A stretch of DNA of 64,000 nt from contig NZ_CAJZFJ010000001.1 in NCBI RefSeq assembly GCF_915070105.1, positions 11,399-75,398 of the forward strand. Direction: 5' to 3'. The stretch is from an uncultured Porphyromonas sp. (lineage in GTDB: Bacteria; Bacteroidota; Bacteroidia; Bacteroidales; Porphyromonadaceae). Made by a program: the position numbers and the translations under genes. Positions 19,716 to 28,780 of this stretch are shown piece by piece. The notes under the pieces were generated by a model. The model was not told the origin of the DNA, ran no database searches, and saw only the letters and a program-made list of their open reading frames with translations. Positions within the stretch are counted from its first letter, which is position 1. Each line of letters opens with the position of its first letter.

Positions 19716-20026
19716 TCCTCTCCAGCCCTCTCGGAATGGTCGTTTTACCTGCATTATGGAGGGGTATTCGTGGGGATTGGAAAAGGCGGGTAGGGAGCTG
19801 TTTGTGGTAGGTTGGGCTAAGGGTTAGAGGGGGAATTTGATTTAAGGGCAGGCTTGCTGGAGCCCTCATTACAGAGGTGTGCTCTCATAATAGAACGGAG
19901 ACGCCCCTCGGTAGCTATCGCCTTGAGGCGAGAGTCTACCGAGGGGCTTCGGTGCTTCCTACCCTAGAGGTAGGTCAGCTCTGTGACGGGATAGCCTGCA
20001 GGTGGTATCCCTTGGGTCGGGCGAGG

Positions 20027-21634
20027 CTATTTGTCCTCTACGGTCATGATGCGAGCTAGATCAGTAAGGAGCTTCAGTAGGTTCTCCTTCGTGTTTAGCT
20101 TGAGCTCCATGTGTCCGTTCACTCCATCGTTGGTTGCTGAGAGGTAGGAGAGAGCCTTCAGGCGGTCTGATACCTTCTTGGGGACAAAGCTCATAACAAA
20201 GGATCCGACAGGGGTGCTTGTGAGGAGGTAGTTGAGGTCGAGTACCATCGAGGCGGAGTGTCCCTTGAGGATGGAGGAGTAGGTAGCTTCGCTGACATTA
20301 GGCTTCTGTTCCTTGAAGAGAGTAGCCTTGGCCTCATCTCCTAGAGCAAAGTAGGTGGAGCCGTCCTTATAGCCGAAGTATAGGGATGGATTTCCCTCCT
20401 TATGAGCGACATACTGGTGGTCCCCCTCGCTCTGTAGGGTGTATGGCTGGTCATAGCTCCATACTTCGATTGTTGAGTCAGTGGACTGCTTGCTCTTCTC
20501 CTCGATCGCTTGGGCGATTGCATCGACTCCTTGAGGGTTCTTACTCTCAGCATAGATGGTGACTGGAACGCCAGCGCTCCTAAGTGGGTTAAGCGAGGAG
20601 ATGGATAGAGCGAACTCACCATCGACTAGGCTGAAGAGCGATGAGGGCTCAATACCCATTTCTCCTAGGGCCTCAAAGACCCTGGTGAATGCAGGGTTAT
20701 CCTTGTAGACATTGACAATCTCAGGACCGCTGCAATAGCCATTCATGACGAAGAGGTTGTCCTTAGTGAGGAACTTACCATACTTGTTCTCACTCTTCTT
20801 TGGAGAGATGGTCTGGCTGAGCTTTGTGAACTTCTCTAGGGTTGCCTTGTCTTCGGATATGTACTTGATATCGGTGGTAGTCACTCCGCTCTCGAAGTTG
20901 ATATGTAGCGCTATCTGCATCTTGCTCATATCTATCCCTTGGGCAGCGAGCTGGTCGGGGTTGAGTTGGCCATATGCATAGTATGAGTAGAGTGAGAAGA
21001 GCTTCTTGTAGTCAAGGATAAGGGATAGGTCTGACTTCTTGGACTTGAGTTCCTTGAAGGATGAGGTTTCGTGGTAACGCTTGCCCTCCTTGAGCTTGAG
21101 TAGCTGGATAGCTTCCACACGCATATCCTTCTTGGTCTGGGTGGTGGGGATGAGGATGAGGAGTGCATCCTTGGTGAAGGCGACGGCGTTATCTCCCGTA
21201 TCGTTTAGGATCGAGATACCATCCTTCAGCTCCATGGTGGCCTGAGGATTCTTGATTTGGTTCAGGTCGGTGAGGAACTTCTTGAGCTTTCCCTCGTCAG
21301 ATACGCGAGCCAGGAATGCACCCTGGAGGTCAGGTGTAGTGAAGAGATAGACAGGGCTCTTGAAGTCGATACCTGCCTTCGAGGGATCTTCGAGGAGAGG
21401 TCTTAGGACCTTGGCCTCTGGGGCATTGGAGTTGGGGAAGAGCTGATCACGGAGTGCCTTGTTCTCCTTGGATAGAATTTCCGACTTCTTGACGAGCTGG
21501 TCTACAGATACTGAGAGGACGAAGTCCGCTTCAGCGGGGATGACTTGCTCGTAGACCTGACTCTTGCTACAGCTGGCAAGGGTGAGGGCAGCTAGAGCAA
21601 GTATACCTAGATAGTAACGAAGCTTGGTGCACAT
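20027..21634 (-). CDS. Lys-rich lipoprotein of unknown function (535 aa)
   Basis: The lipobox is LTLASC. No catalytic motifs were recognised. GC by eye is about 48-50%, below the window average. Confidence 0.6.
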   Translation of the reverse strand: MCTKLRYYLGILALAALTLASCSKSQVYEQVIPAEADFVLSVSVDQLVKKSEILSKENKALRDQLFPNSNAPEAKVLRPLLEDPSKAGIDFKSPVYLFTTPDLQGAFLARVSDEGKLKKFLTDLNQIKNPQATMELKDGISILNDTGDNAVAFTKDALLILIPTTQTKKDMRVEAIQLLKLKEGKRYHETSSFKELKSKKSDLSLILDYKKLFSLYSYYAYGQLNPDQLAAQGIDMSKMQIALHINFESGVTTTDIKYISEDKATLEKFTKLSQTISPKKSENKYGKFLTKDNLFVMNGYCSGPEIVNVYKDNPAFTRVFEALGEMGIEPSSLFSLVDGEFALSISSLNPLRSAGVPVTIYAESKNPQGVDAIAQAIEEKSKQSTDSTIEVWSYDQPYTLQSEGDHQYVAHKEGNPSLYFGYKDGSTYFALGDEAKATLFKEQKPNVSEATYSSILKGHSASMVLDLNYLLTSTPVGSFVMSFVPKKVSDRLKALSYLSATNDGVNGHMELKLNTKENLLKLLTDLARIMTVEDK

Positions 21635-21829
21635 GCTATGGAGTGATTAGGATGAATAATAGGCAGGGAGGCGATGCTCTCCCTACGTTAGTTTATGGGG
21701 TAAAGGTACTGATTTTTTCAACGGGTGCTACTAGAGACTAGCCCCATCAGATCGCCTTCGTAGATCTGATGGGGCTAGTATGGGAGAGTGCTCTCTCTCC
21801 TCGCTCTGATGGAAGGGGCTCTGTGTGTC

Positions 21830-23914
21830 TTACTCGAGGGTCATCAGTAGGAAGGCATACTCGAATGCTGTATCTCGTATCCCGTCATAGCGTCCTGTGG
21901 CACCTCCGTGTCCAGAGGTCATATCCATATGTAGGAGCAGGAGGTGGTCATCGGTCTTGAGGGTACGTAGCTTGGCGACATACTTCGTGGGCTCGTGGAA
22001 GAGTACCTGCGAGTCGTTGAGTCCACCGGTGACGAGGAGGTGCGGGTAGGGCCCTGAGTGGAGGTTGTCATAGGGGGAGTAGCTGAGCATATACTGCAGA
22101 TACTCGGGATCATTGGGGTTGCCCCACTCCTCATATTCGCCCGTGGTGAGGGGAAGGGTCTCATCAAGCATCGTCGTCACGACATCTACGAAGGGGACTT
22201 GTGCGATGACTGCGTGGAAGAGCTCAGGGCGCATATTCACCACAGCACCCATGAGTAGCCCACCTGCACTACCTCCCATAGCTGTGAGTCGCTCGGATGA
22301 GGTATATCCCTCCTGGATGAGGTGCTCGGCGCAGGCGATGAAGTCGGTGAAGGTATTACGCTTCTTCAGGAACTTGCCCTCCTCGTACCAAGCTTCACCT
22401 AGGTCGCTCCCCCCACGTACCTGTGCGAGGGCATAGACAAAGCCCCTATCGACCAAGCTGAATATAGATACCCCGAAGTGGGCATCCATCGCTATCCCAT
22501 AGCTCCCATAGCCATAGAGGAGAGCGGGGGCAGAGCCATCCCGTACGAGGTCTCGACGATAGAGTAGAGCCATCGGGACACGTGCCCCATCAGGTGCTGT
22601 CGCCCATCTGCGCTCCACGATGTAGCGCTCGGGGGAGAAGCCTCCGCCGACCTCTTGCTCCTTCAGTAGGCGACTCTCGCCTGTCGTGAGGTCGTACTCG
22701 TAGAGGGAGGAGGGGCGATTGAGCGAGGAATAGACATAGCGTATCGTCGTGGCCTCATACTGGCTATTGCCACGTAGACTGATCGTGTAGACGGGTTCGG
22801 GGAAGTGGATCTTGCCCTGCTCCTGACCTTGGCTGGTGAGGATACGTATCTCGGTCAGTCCTTCTCGTCGCTCTTCTAGGGCGATATAGTCCTGGTAGAC
22901 ACCGATGCTATCAAGGCGTACATCCTCTCGGTGGGGAATGAGGAGCGTCCAGCTTAGACGTTCAGAGACCTCTGCCTGTGGGGCGGTATAGACCATGCCA
23001 TTTAGGTGCTCCTTATCCTTGTAGTAGATGTAGAAGCGGTCTCTGTGCGAGAGGATTGAGTAGCGTACGTCAGCCTCTCTTGGCAGGAAGAGCTTGGGGT
23101 CTCTATCCTCGCCCGAGCTCCAGAGGTAGTACTCCTCGCTGGTCGTGCTGCTGGAGGTAGAGATGAAGATGAACTCACGTGTCTTCGTCTCGCTGACACT
23201 GCAGGAGAAGCGTCCGTCTAGCTCCTCATATAGGAGCTCAGCCCCGGGCTCCGATAGGTGCTGGACATAGATGCGCGAGGACCTCAGAGTGTCGTCTATG
23301 AGGCTGTAGTAGATGGTCTCGCTGTCCTCTGCCCAAGCCAACGAAGAGACACCCTGCAGGCAGAAGTCGAGGTCTTCGCCCCGCACGAGGTCCCGGATGC
23401 GTAGCTCAAACTCCGCGTAGGAGCCCGTATCGTTGGAGAAATAAGCTGCTAGACGATTGTCTGGGCTAATGGCATAGCCTGCAAAGATGAAGGCAGGCTT
23501 GCCCTCGGCCAAGGCATTGACATCGAAGAGGAGCTCTCCGCCTGTGACAGCCTCTGGATGCTCGCCCCATTCGGCCTCGAAGGCCTTAGCCTCGTAGCGG
23601 TAGTGTGTCGGGTACTGCTTCCCCTTCTCCGTGCAGGTGTAGTAATAGTAGCCTCGGCGTAGGGTAGGGTAGCTCTGGTCATCCTCCTTGATACGCCCGA
23701 GGATCTCCTGATAGATCGTCTCCTGCAGCTCCTTTGTCCCCTGCATGACCTCCTCGGTGTAGGCATTCTCTGCCTGTAGATAAGAGAGCACCTCGGGGGA
23801 GGACTTATCTCGCATGTAGTAGAAGGGGTCTGTGCGCTCTGTGTCTAGGTGACGTAGTAGCTCGGGTCTAGCCTCTGCCTGAGGGGGAGTAGGGAAGTGG
23901 GATTGCTTGTACAC
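21830..23914 (-). CDS. S9A serine peptidase (oligopeptidase B / prolyl oligopeptidase-like)
   Basis: There is an N-terminal beta-propeller region. The nucleophile motif GGSAGGLL is present, and a C-terminal His sits in LLLHMDMTSGHGG. The length is 694 aa. Confidence 0.85.
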   Translation of the reverse strand: MYKQSHFPTPPQAEARPELLRHLDTERTDPFYYMRDKSSPEVLSYLQAENAYTEEVMQGTKELQETIYQEILGRIKEDDQSYPTLRRGYYYYTCTEKGKQYPTHYRYEAKAFEAEWGEHPEAVTGGELLFDVNALAEGKPAFIFAGYAISPDNRLAAYFSNDTGSYAEFELRIRDLVRGEDLDFCLQGVSSLAWAEDSETIYYSLIDDTLRSSRIYVQHLSEPGAELLYEELDGRFSCSVSETKTREFIFISTSSSTTSEEYYLWSSGEDRDPKLFLPREADVRYSILSHRDRFYIYYKDKEHLNGMVYTAPQAEVSERLSWTLLIPHREDVRLDSIGVYQDYIALEERREGLTEIRILTSQGQEQGKIHFPEPVYTISLRGNSQYEATTIRYVYSSLNRPSSLYEYDLTTGESRLLKEQEVGGGFSPERYIVERRWATAPDGARVPMALLYRRDLVRDGSAPALLYGYGSYGIAMDAHFGVSIFSLVDRGFVYALAQVRGGSDLGEAWYEEGKFLKKRNTFTDFIACAEHLIQEGYTSSERLTAMGGSAGGLLMGAVVNMRPELFHAVIAQVPFVDVVTTMLDETLPLTTGEYEEWGNPNDPEYLQYMLSYSPYDNLHSGPYPHLLVTGGLNDSQVLFHEPTKYVAKLRTLKTDDHLLLLHMDMTSGHGGATGRYDGIRDTAFEYAFLLMTLE

Positions 23915-23926
23915 GCTTACTTTCGT

Positions 23927-24583
23927 TTAGGGGATTGTGGGACAGACGTAGCTGTCCCGAAGGATGAGTAGAGCCTCCGGGCCCATATCAAAGAGTAGAT
24001 CGAGGATGCTGAGATCAGGGACGAAGCCAAAGCGGTCTCGGTAGACCTGATGATAGGGACGGGGCACGAAGGTCGGGTTAGGCTCGGGATGCTTGGGACG
24101 TAAGCCATACCGCCAATCCTCTGGATGTGAGCCCAGAGGTGTGAAGGCCTCCGTCTCCTGCCAGGACACCTCTAGGTGTAGGAGTTGTAGGAGCTGTGTG
24201 AAGAGGGCTTCGTTGAAGTCCCATAGATACCTATACCCCCGCTCATAGATCGGCAGTAGATCATCTATGTAATACTCATAGAAAGGACTAGAGCCGTATG
24301 CCGTGCTCAATGCCTGTAGGTGAAGGTGTCGCCACGAGCCATGCTCCGAGATACGTACCTCACGGATAGGAGTCTTGAGACTCGGGGACTGCTCCACGGG
24401 GATCGTCAGCGCCTGCAGTCCGTTGGGACTAAGTATATGACAGCGGTTGCGGTAGGTCTGCTTGATATAGTTCTCCTCAGCCTCGATCCCCACGAGCCCT
24501 TCACCTATATGATAGAGCTTGGTGAAGTAGCTCACAGGTGGAGCGTAGGCCGTAGAGAGGAGGAGCGAGAAGGGAGACTGCAC
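23927..24583 (-). CDS. WbqC-like family protein
   Basis: The N-terminus, LLLSTAYAPPVSYFTKL...IEAEENYIKQTYRNRCHI, resembles the WbqC-like family as I recall it. The length is 218 aa. Confidence 0.55.
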   Translation of the reverse strand: MQSPFSLLLSTAYAPPVSYFTKLYHIGEGLVGIEAEENYIKQTYRNRCHILSPNGLQALTIPVEQSPSLKTPIREVRISEHGSWRHLHLQALSTAYGSSPFYEYYIDDLLPIYERGYRYLWDFNEALFTQLLQLLHLEVSWQETEAFTPLGSHPEDWRYGLRPKHPEPNPTFVPRPYHQVYRDRFGFVPDLSILDLLFDMGPEALLILRDSYVCPTIP

Positions 24584-24593
24584 GTACTAGGGC

Positions 24594-25253
24594 TTAGAGG
24601 GCAAAGAGGACGACTCCCTCGATGGCTTCGCTTGGGATGATCCCTAGATGACGTGAGTCTGGGGCTTGACTTGGCTGATCAATGAGCACCCAGTAGTAGT
24701 CTCGGTAGAAGGTGCGACGAGGGTCACGTCGTAGCTTCTCGATCCAGGTACTGGTATCTGTCCCTAGTCGCTCTCGGCGGTCACGAGCCAGTCCTAGGCG
24801 TTCCTCACTGAGGAGTGCCGTGCGATAGGCTACGAGGCTACGGGGAGAGATCGTATATACACCCTTGCGTCGGGGTACACGAAGAGCGTAGCTCTCATCG
24901 GTGCGCTTGGCTCGATAGTCCTTCTGTGGTCGTGCATTGACGTAGAGTTTGCCTTTAAGGAGCTCTATCGAGTCTCCTGGTAGGCCAATGACCCGACCTA
25001 GAGCCAGCTGATGATGACGCTTGTCTCCAGTGACCTGCTGCACCTGCAGTAGGACGACATCCCCTCTATGTGGTGTCTTCCCCCTCAAGGCAAGAGCCCA
25101 TGCTCCCTGCCGTATCTTAGGCTCCATCGTACGTGTATGTGCCCTAAACGGAATTAGGACGAAGAGGCGAAGTACGACTACGAGGACGAGAATCCCCAGC
25201 GGTAGTGCCCCGTATAGGAGCCAGTTCCGAACCTTATTATCCTTACTTGCCAT
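24594..25253 (-). CDS. Short signal-peptidase-I-like (S26) paralog
   Basis: There is an N-terminal TM. The S26 boxes VIGLPGD and DSRHLGIIP are present. The region aligning with the catalytic Ser/Lys appears substituted (TRTMEPK, ALGRVIG). The gene overlaps the upstream lepB by 11 bp. Confidence 0.6.
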   Translation of the reverse strand: MASKDNKVRNWLLYGALPLGILVLVVVLRLFVLIPFRAHTRTMEPKIRQGAWALALRGKTPHRGDVVLLQVQQVTGDKRHHQLALGRVIGLPGDSIELLKGKLYVNARPQKDYRAKRTDESYALRVPRRKGVYTISPRSLVAYRTALLSEERLGLARDRRERLGTDTSTWIEKLRRDPRRTFYRDYYWVLIDQPSQAPDSRHLGIIPSEAIEGVVLFAL

Positions 25254-26688
25254 GGATCAGTCTCATCATCCTGCCCCAACGGATACCTCCGCTCAGCAGT
25301 GGGCGTTCGTTATTGATCGATAGCCAGAGGAAGGCAGGCTTACCGACGATATGATCCTCGGGTACGAAGCCCCAGTAACGGCTATCAGCTGACATGTGTC
25401 TGTTGTCCCCGAGCATGAAGTAATAGTTCATGCCGAAGGTATAGGTCGTCTGTGGAGTCCCATCCACTAGGTAGGTGCCGTCTGCCCTCTGCTCTAGGCT
25501 GTGGCCCTCATAGTTCCGGATACAACGGCTATAGGCAGCCACAGTCGTGGGAGTGAGGTTGATCTTCATGCCTCGACGGGGGATGAAGAGAGGACCATAA
25601 TTATCACGTGTCCAACCGGTCTTGAGTCCAAGGGGATAGACGTCTCCAGTGCTCTCCCGAGGAGCTATCTCCACATCTATTGTACGGACATAGGGCTCGC
25701 CCTGTAGTCGTCCCTTCATCTCCTCGGTCAGAGGCAGGTGATAGATGAGTCCATAGCCACGCCCTTCGATCGGAGTCATCGAGAGGCGCATCTGGCGGAT
25801 GAATCCCGATAGATCTGCCTGATCGCCTGCCTGATAGGTGTAGAGGAGCTGTACATCACGGTCGTTGATCTCGAGCTCGTCAAGTAGGCTTTGGGGGAGC
25901 GGGGTGCCATCGGTCTGGACGAAGTAGTTCAGCTGCATATTCTTCGGGTTCTCGATCGCCTTGTCATTGATGTAGACTTGGTTGTTCTTGATAGCGAAGA
26001 ATTCCCCAGGTAGCCCTATACACCGCTTGACGTAGTGGTCACGACGGTCTACGGGGCGGTAGACGATCTCCCCAAACTGTGCCCTGTCTGCCCACACGGC
26101 ATCACGCCCGTAGGCAGCGCAGAGGGTGTAGTAATCGGGGTTGGGCATGTTGAGGGCAACGGTGTCTCCAGCAGGGAAGTTGAAGACCACGAGGTCGTTG
26201 CGCTCTACCTGTCCTAGGCCACGAAGTCTGCGATAGGGCAGTGAAGGCTTGTCCAGATAGGACTTTCGCCCAAAGGCTGTATTGTGTGCCAGCGGTAGGG
26301 CGATCGGTGTCATCGGGACACGAGGCCCATAGCTTAGCTTATTGACGAAGAGGTAGTCTCCGATAAGGAGTGTCTTCTCCAGCGAGGAAGAGGGGATAGC
26401 GAAGTTCTGGAAGAAGTAGGTGAAGATGAGGGTCACCATCAGCACGACGAAGACCACATCCTCCAGCAGAGCCCCTAGGGTACGTACCAGAGGATTGGGG
26501 TGCTTGCGCAGGTAACGCCAATTGATAAACCTCGTGAAGTAGAAGTCGATGAGTAGGGGCAGGAGCAGAAGCCACCATAGCCCAGCCCATAGGGCAAAGA
26601 TGATGAAGAGGACGATGATAATCCCGCCCTTGATGCGGGTCCATAGTTGTCGGCGTGCACTCTGTCCTTCGATCGGGTATCTTTTCAT
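25243..26688 (-). CDS. lepB: Signal peptidase I
   Basis: Two N-terminal TM helices are present. The catalytic Ser region is SSSLEKTLLIGDYLFVNKLSY, and the Lys box is YVKRCIGLPGE. The motif GDNRHMSADSRYWGFVPEDHIVGKP is present. Confidence 0.85.
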   Translation of the reverse strand: MKRYPIEGQSARRQLWTRIKGGIIIVLFIIFALWAGLWWLLLLPLLIDFYFTRFINWRYLRKHPNPLVRTLGALLEDVVFVVLMVTLIFTYFFQNFAIPSSSLEKTLLIGDYLFVNKLSYGPRVPMTPIALPLAHNTAFGRKSYLDKPSLPYRRLRGLGQVERNDLVVFNFPAGDTVALNMPNPDYYTLCAAYGRDAVWADRAQFGEIVYRPVDRRDHYVKRCIGLPGEFFAIKNNQVYINDKAIENPKNMQLNYFVQTDGTPLPQSLLDELEINDRDVQLLYTYQAGDQADLSGFIRQMRLSMTPIEGRGYGLIYHLPLTEEMKGRLQGEPYVRTIDVEIAPRESTGDVYPLGLKTGWTRDNYGPLFIPRRGMKINLTPTTVAAYSRCIRNYEGHSLEQRADGTYLVDGTPQTTYTFGMNYYFMLGDNRHMSADSRYWGFVPEDHIVGKPAFLWLSINNERPLLSGGIRWGRMMRLIHGK

Positions 26689-26704
26689 TCCTTGGGTGCT
26701 TTGA

Positions 26705-27433
26705 TTAGTGTACGTTCAGCATATCCTCCATAGTGAGCCAGCCGGTGTGCTTGGTGGCGTACTCTGCAGCTAGGATCGCTCCTAGGGCAAAGCCTTCACG
26801 TCCAAAGGCCTCATGAGTCAAGCTAATCCTATCTACCTCTGACGTATAGTGTACGGTATGGATGCCAGCGATCTCGCCCTCACGGTGTGCCTTGATGGGC
26901 AGGACATGTGGGCTGGGTTCATCGGTGAGCTCCCACTTCCTGAGCTCGTGACGCTCGTCTAGGATCGTCTCAGCTAGTGTGATGGCTGTGCCACTAGGGG
27001 CATCGAGCTTGTGTATGTGGTGGGTCTCCTCTAGGCTTAGCTGATAGCTAGGGGCAGCCTTCATGAGCTCTGCTACTCTACGGTTGATCTGGAGGAAGAG
27101 GTTCACTCCGATACTGAAGTTCGAAGCCCAGAAGAAGGTCTTACCCCCTTCCTTGCATAGCTTCCTTAGCTTCGGCAGATCCTCGCTCCAGCCAGTCGTG
27201 CCAGAGACAGTGGGGATGCCACGCTCTAGGGCTCTGAGGCAATTGGCATAGGCCATCTGTGGGGCAGTGAACTCTATCGCTACATCTGCCGTGAGGAAAC
27301 GCAGGTCGTCAAAGCGATCTTCGTCTCCCTTATCTATCGTTAGTACGATCTCGTGTCCTCGCCTCTGGGCTACTTGCTCTAGGACATGTCCCATCTTGCC
27401 GTAGCCGATGAGTACGATCTTTAGCTTCTTCAT
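26705..27433 (-). CDS. dapB: 4-hydroxy-tetrahydrodipicolinate reductase
   Basis: The NAD-binding motif MKKLKIVLIGYGKMG is present. The DapB signature EETHHIHKLDAPSGTA is present. The likely start is the internal Met, 9 codons into the listed ORF. Confidence 0.9.
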   Translation of the reverse strand: MKKLKIVLIGYGKMGHVLEQVAQRRGHEIVLTIDKGDEDRFDDLRFLTADVAIEFTAPQMAYANCLRALERGIPTVSGTTGWSEDLPKLRKLCKEGGKTFFWASNFSIGVNLFLQINRRVAELMKAAPSYQLSLEETHHIHKLDAPSGTAITLAETILDERHELRKWELTDEPSPHVLPIKAHREGEIAGIHTVHYTSEVDRISLTHEAFGREGFALGAILAAEYATKHTGWLTMEDMLNVH

Positions 27434-27682
27434 CTTATTTGTTGGGTGTGGGGGCTGCATGGAGCTTCCCTTAGTGCCAGCCCTTCACGCTTAGCGCATT
27501 CGTATTACTCGCAAAGATAACGAAAACAGCCTACTCACACCCCCCGTCCACCGAGACAGAGTGTCTGGTGAAGGCCTTCACCTCTGACCCCTCACCCTCA
27601 TCTCCTCTGCCTGTAGCCAGCCCTCTCTACAGTGCTCGGGTACGCTCCTCCTCAGCCAGGGGGGAGCCCCCCTAATTACCCC

Positions 27683-27810
27683 GCCTCAGTCCCTATAACG
27701 AGGAGACAAATGTGTACACGCGTGTACACATTTGTATACAGGCGTGTACACTACTGTATACACACGTGTACACAAGTGCGCTCTCGGTATGTCCTAGGGG
27801 AGGCTTATCT
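27683..27810 (+). repeat. Family-A repeat element copy 2 (array 27712..27773)
   Basis: The array is GTGTACACgcGTGTACACatttGTATACAGgcGTGTACACtactGTATACACacGTGTACAC, with conserved flanks. Confidence 0.7.
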
Positions 27811-28074
27811 CACACCCGTAGAAAAGGCGTCACCACACTAGCCACAGGGCACAGCTAGGGGGGCTGGAGCTCCATAGCCCGAGTCGCTGTTGGGCTTGCC
27901 CCGATCCCTTGACCATGAGTCGTACAGTGGAGTGGAATGTAAAGATGAGGTGTGGAGCAGGAGGATAGTATGTGAGCGGGGAAAAAAGTGTAATTTTACG
28001 GCAGGTAGGTGGGACGACTCCATGTAGTACATCGTCACTGTCCTGCCGATGAACCTTTTAATTAGGATATAGAT

Positions 28075-28755
28075 ATGAAGATCTTCCTCAGCATCTGCAC
28101 TCTTGCCCTCGGACTCAGTCTGACCTCTTGCGATCTGTCTATGCTCACTAATCGAAGTGAGACGAACCGCATTGAGCGTGGTATGACCAAGCGTGAGGTA
28201 ACCAATATTCTTGGCACACCCTCCTATCGTCGTCTCGCCACAGACGGCTCTGAGGACTGGGAGTATCGCCGTACCAACATCCTAGGGGAGACCTCGGTCG
28301 TGGTCGTCACCTTCTATGACAACCGTGTCGTACGTATGGACTCCTACAACGGAGACGACTGGGAGCGTCGCCGCTCACAGAGGGACTACCCAAGCTACCC
28401 ATCTAACCCTACTTACCCCTCTAACCCTCGCTACCCAAGCTATCCACAGGATCCTCGCTATGAGGACGAGCGTGATAGAGAATCCTTTGAGGACTTCCTA
28501 AGGGCGATCGCAGATAAGCACTTCACTAAGGATAAGATACGCTTCATCCGTGATGCTGCTCGTCGCAACGTCTTCACTGTGGCGCAGACTGCCCGCATTC
28601 TGCGCCTCTTCACCTGGGATAGCGAGAAGCTCGAGGTGCTGGAAGCCCTTGCTCCACGTCTGAGGGATGGCTACAATGCGTATAAGCTCGTAGACCTATT
28701 CACCTTCTCTAGCAATCAGGAGAAGGCTAGGCGCATCCTCGGCCTGACACGTTAA
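28075..28755 (+). CDS. Lipoprotein paralog 1: BamE/SmpA-OmlA-like N-domain + Pro/Tyr-rich linker + one DUF4476-like helical domain
   Basis: The lipobox is LSLTSC. The BamE-like N-domain shows IERGMTKREVTNILGTPSYRR...DGSEDWEY. The helical domain shows FEDFLRAIADKHFTKDKIRFIRDAARRNVFTVAQTARILRLFTWDSEKLEVLEALAPRLRDGYNAYKLVDLF. Confidence 0.7.
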   Translation: MKIFLSICTLALGLSLTSCDLSMLTNRSETNRIERGMTKREVTNILGTPSYRRLATDGSEDWEYRRTNILGETSVVVVTFYDNRVVRMDSYNGDDWERRRSQRDYPSYPSNPTYPSNPRYPSYPQDPRYEDERDRESFEDFLRAIADKHFTKDKIRFIRDAARRNVFTVAQTARILRLFTWDSEKLEVLEALAPRLRDGYNAYKLVDLFTFSSNQEKARRILGLTR

Positions 28756-28780
28756 AGAAACCCCCAACATAATACTACCA

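Noticed and set aside
18892-20026. tRNA, tmRNA, SRP or RNase P genes in the long spacers
   Set aside because: I found no acceptor/T-arm-like GGTTCGAATCC-type sequences, no tmRNA 3' end (..CTCCACCA) and no recognisable conserved cores. This cannot exclude novel ncRNAs (see findings).
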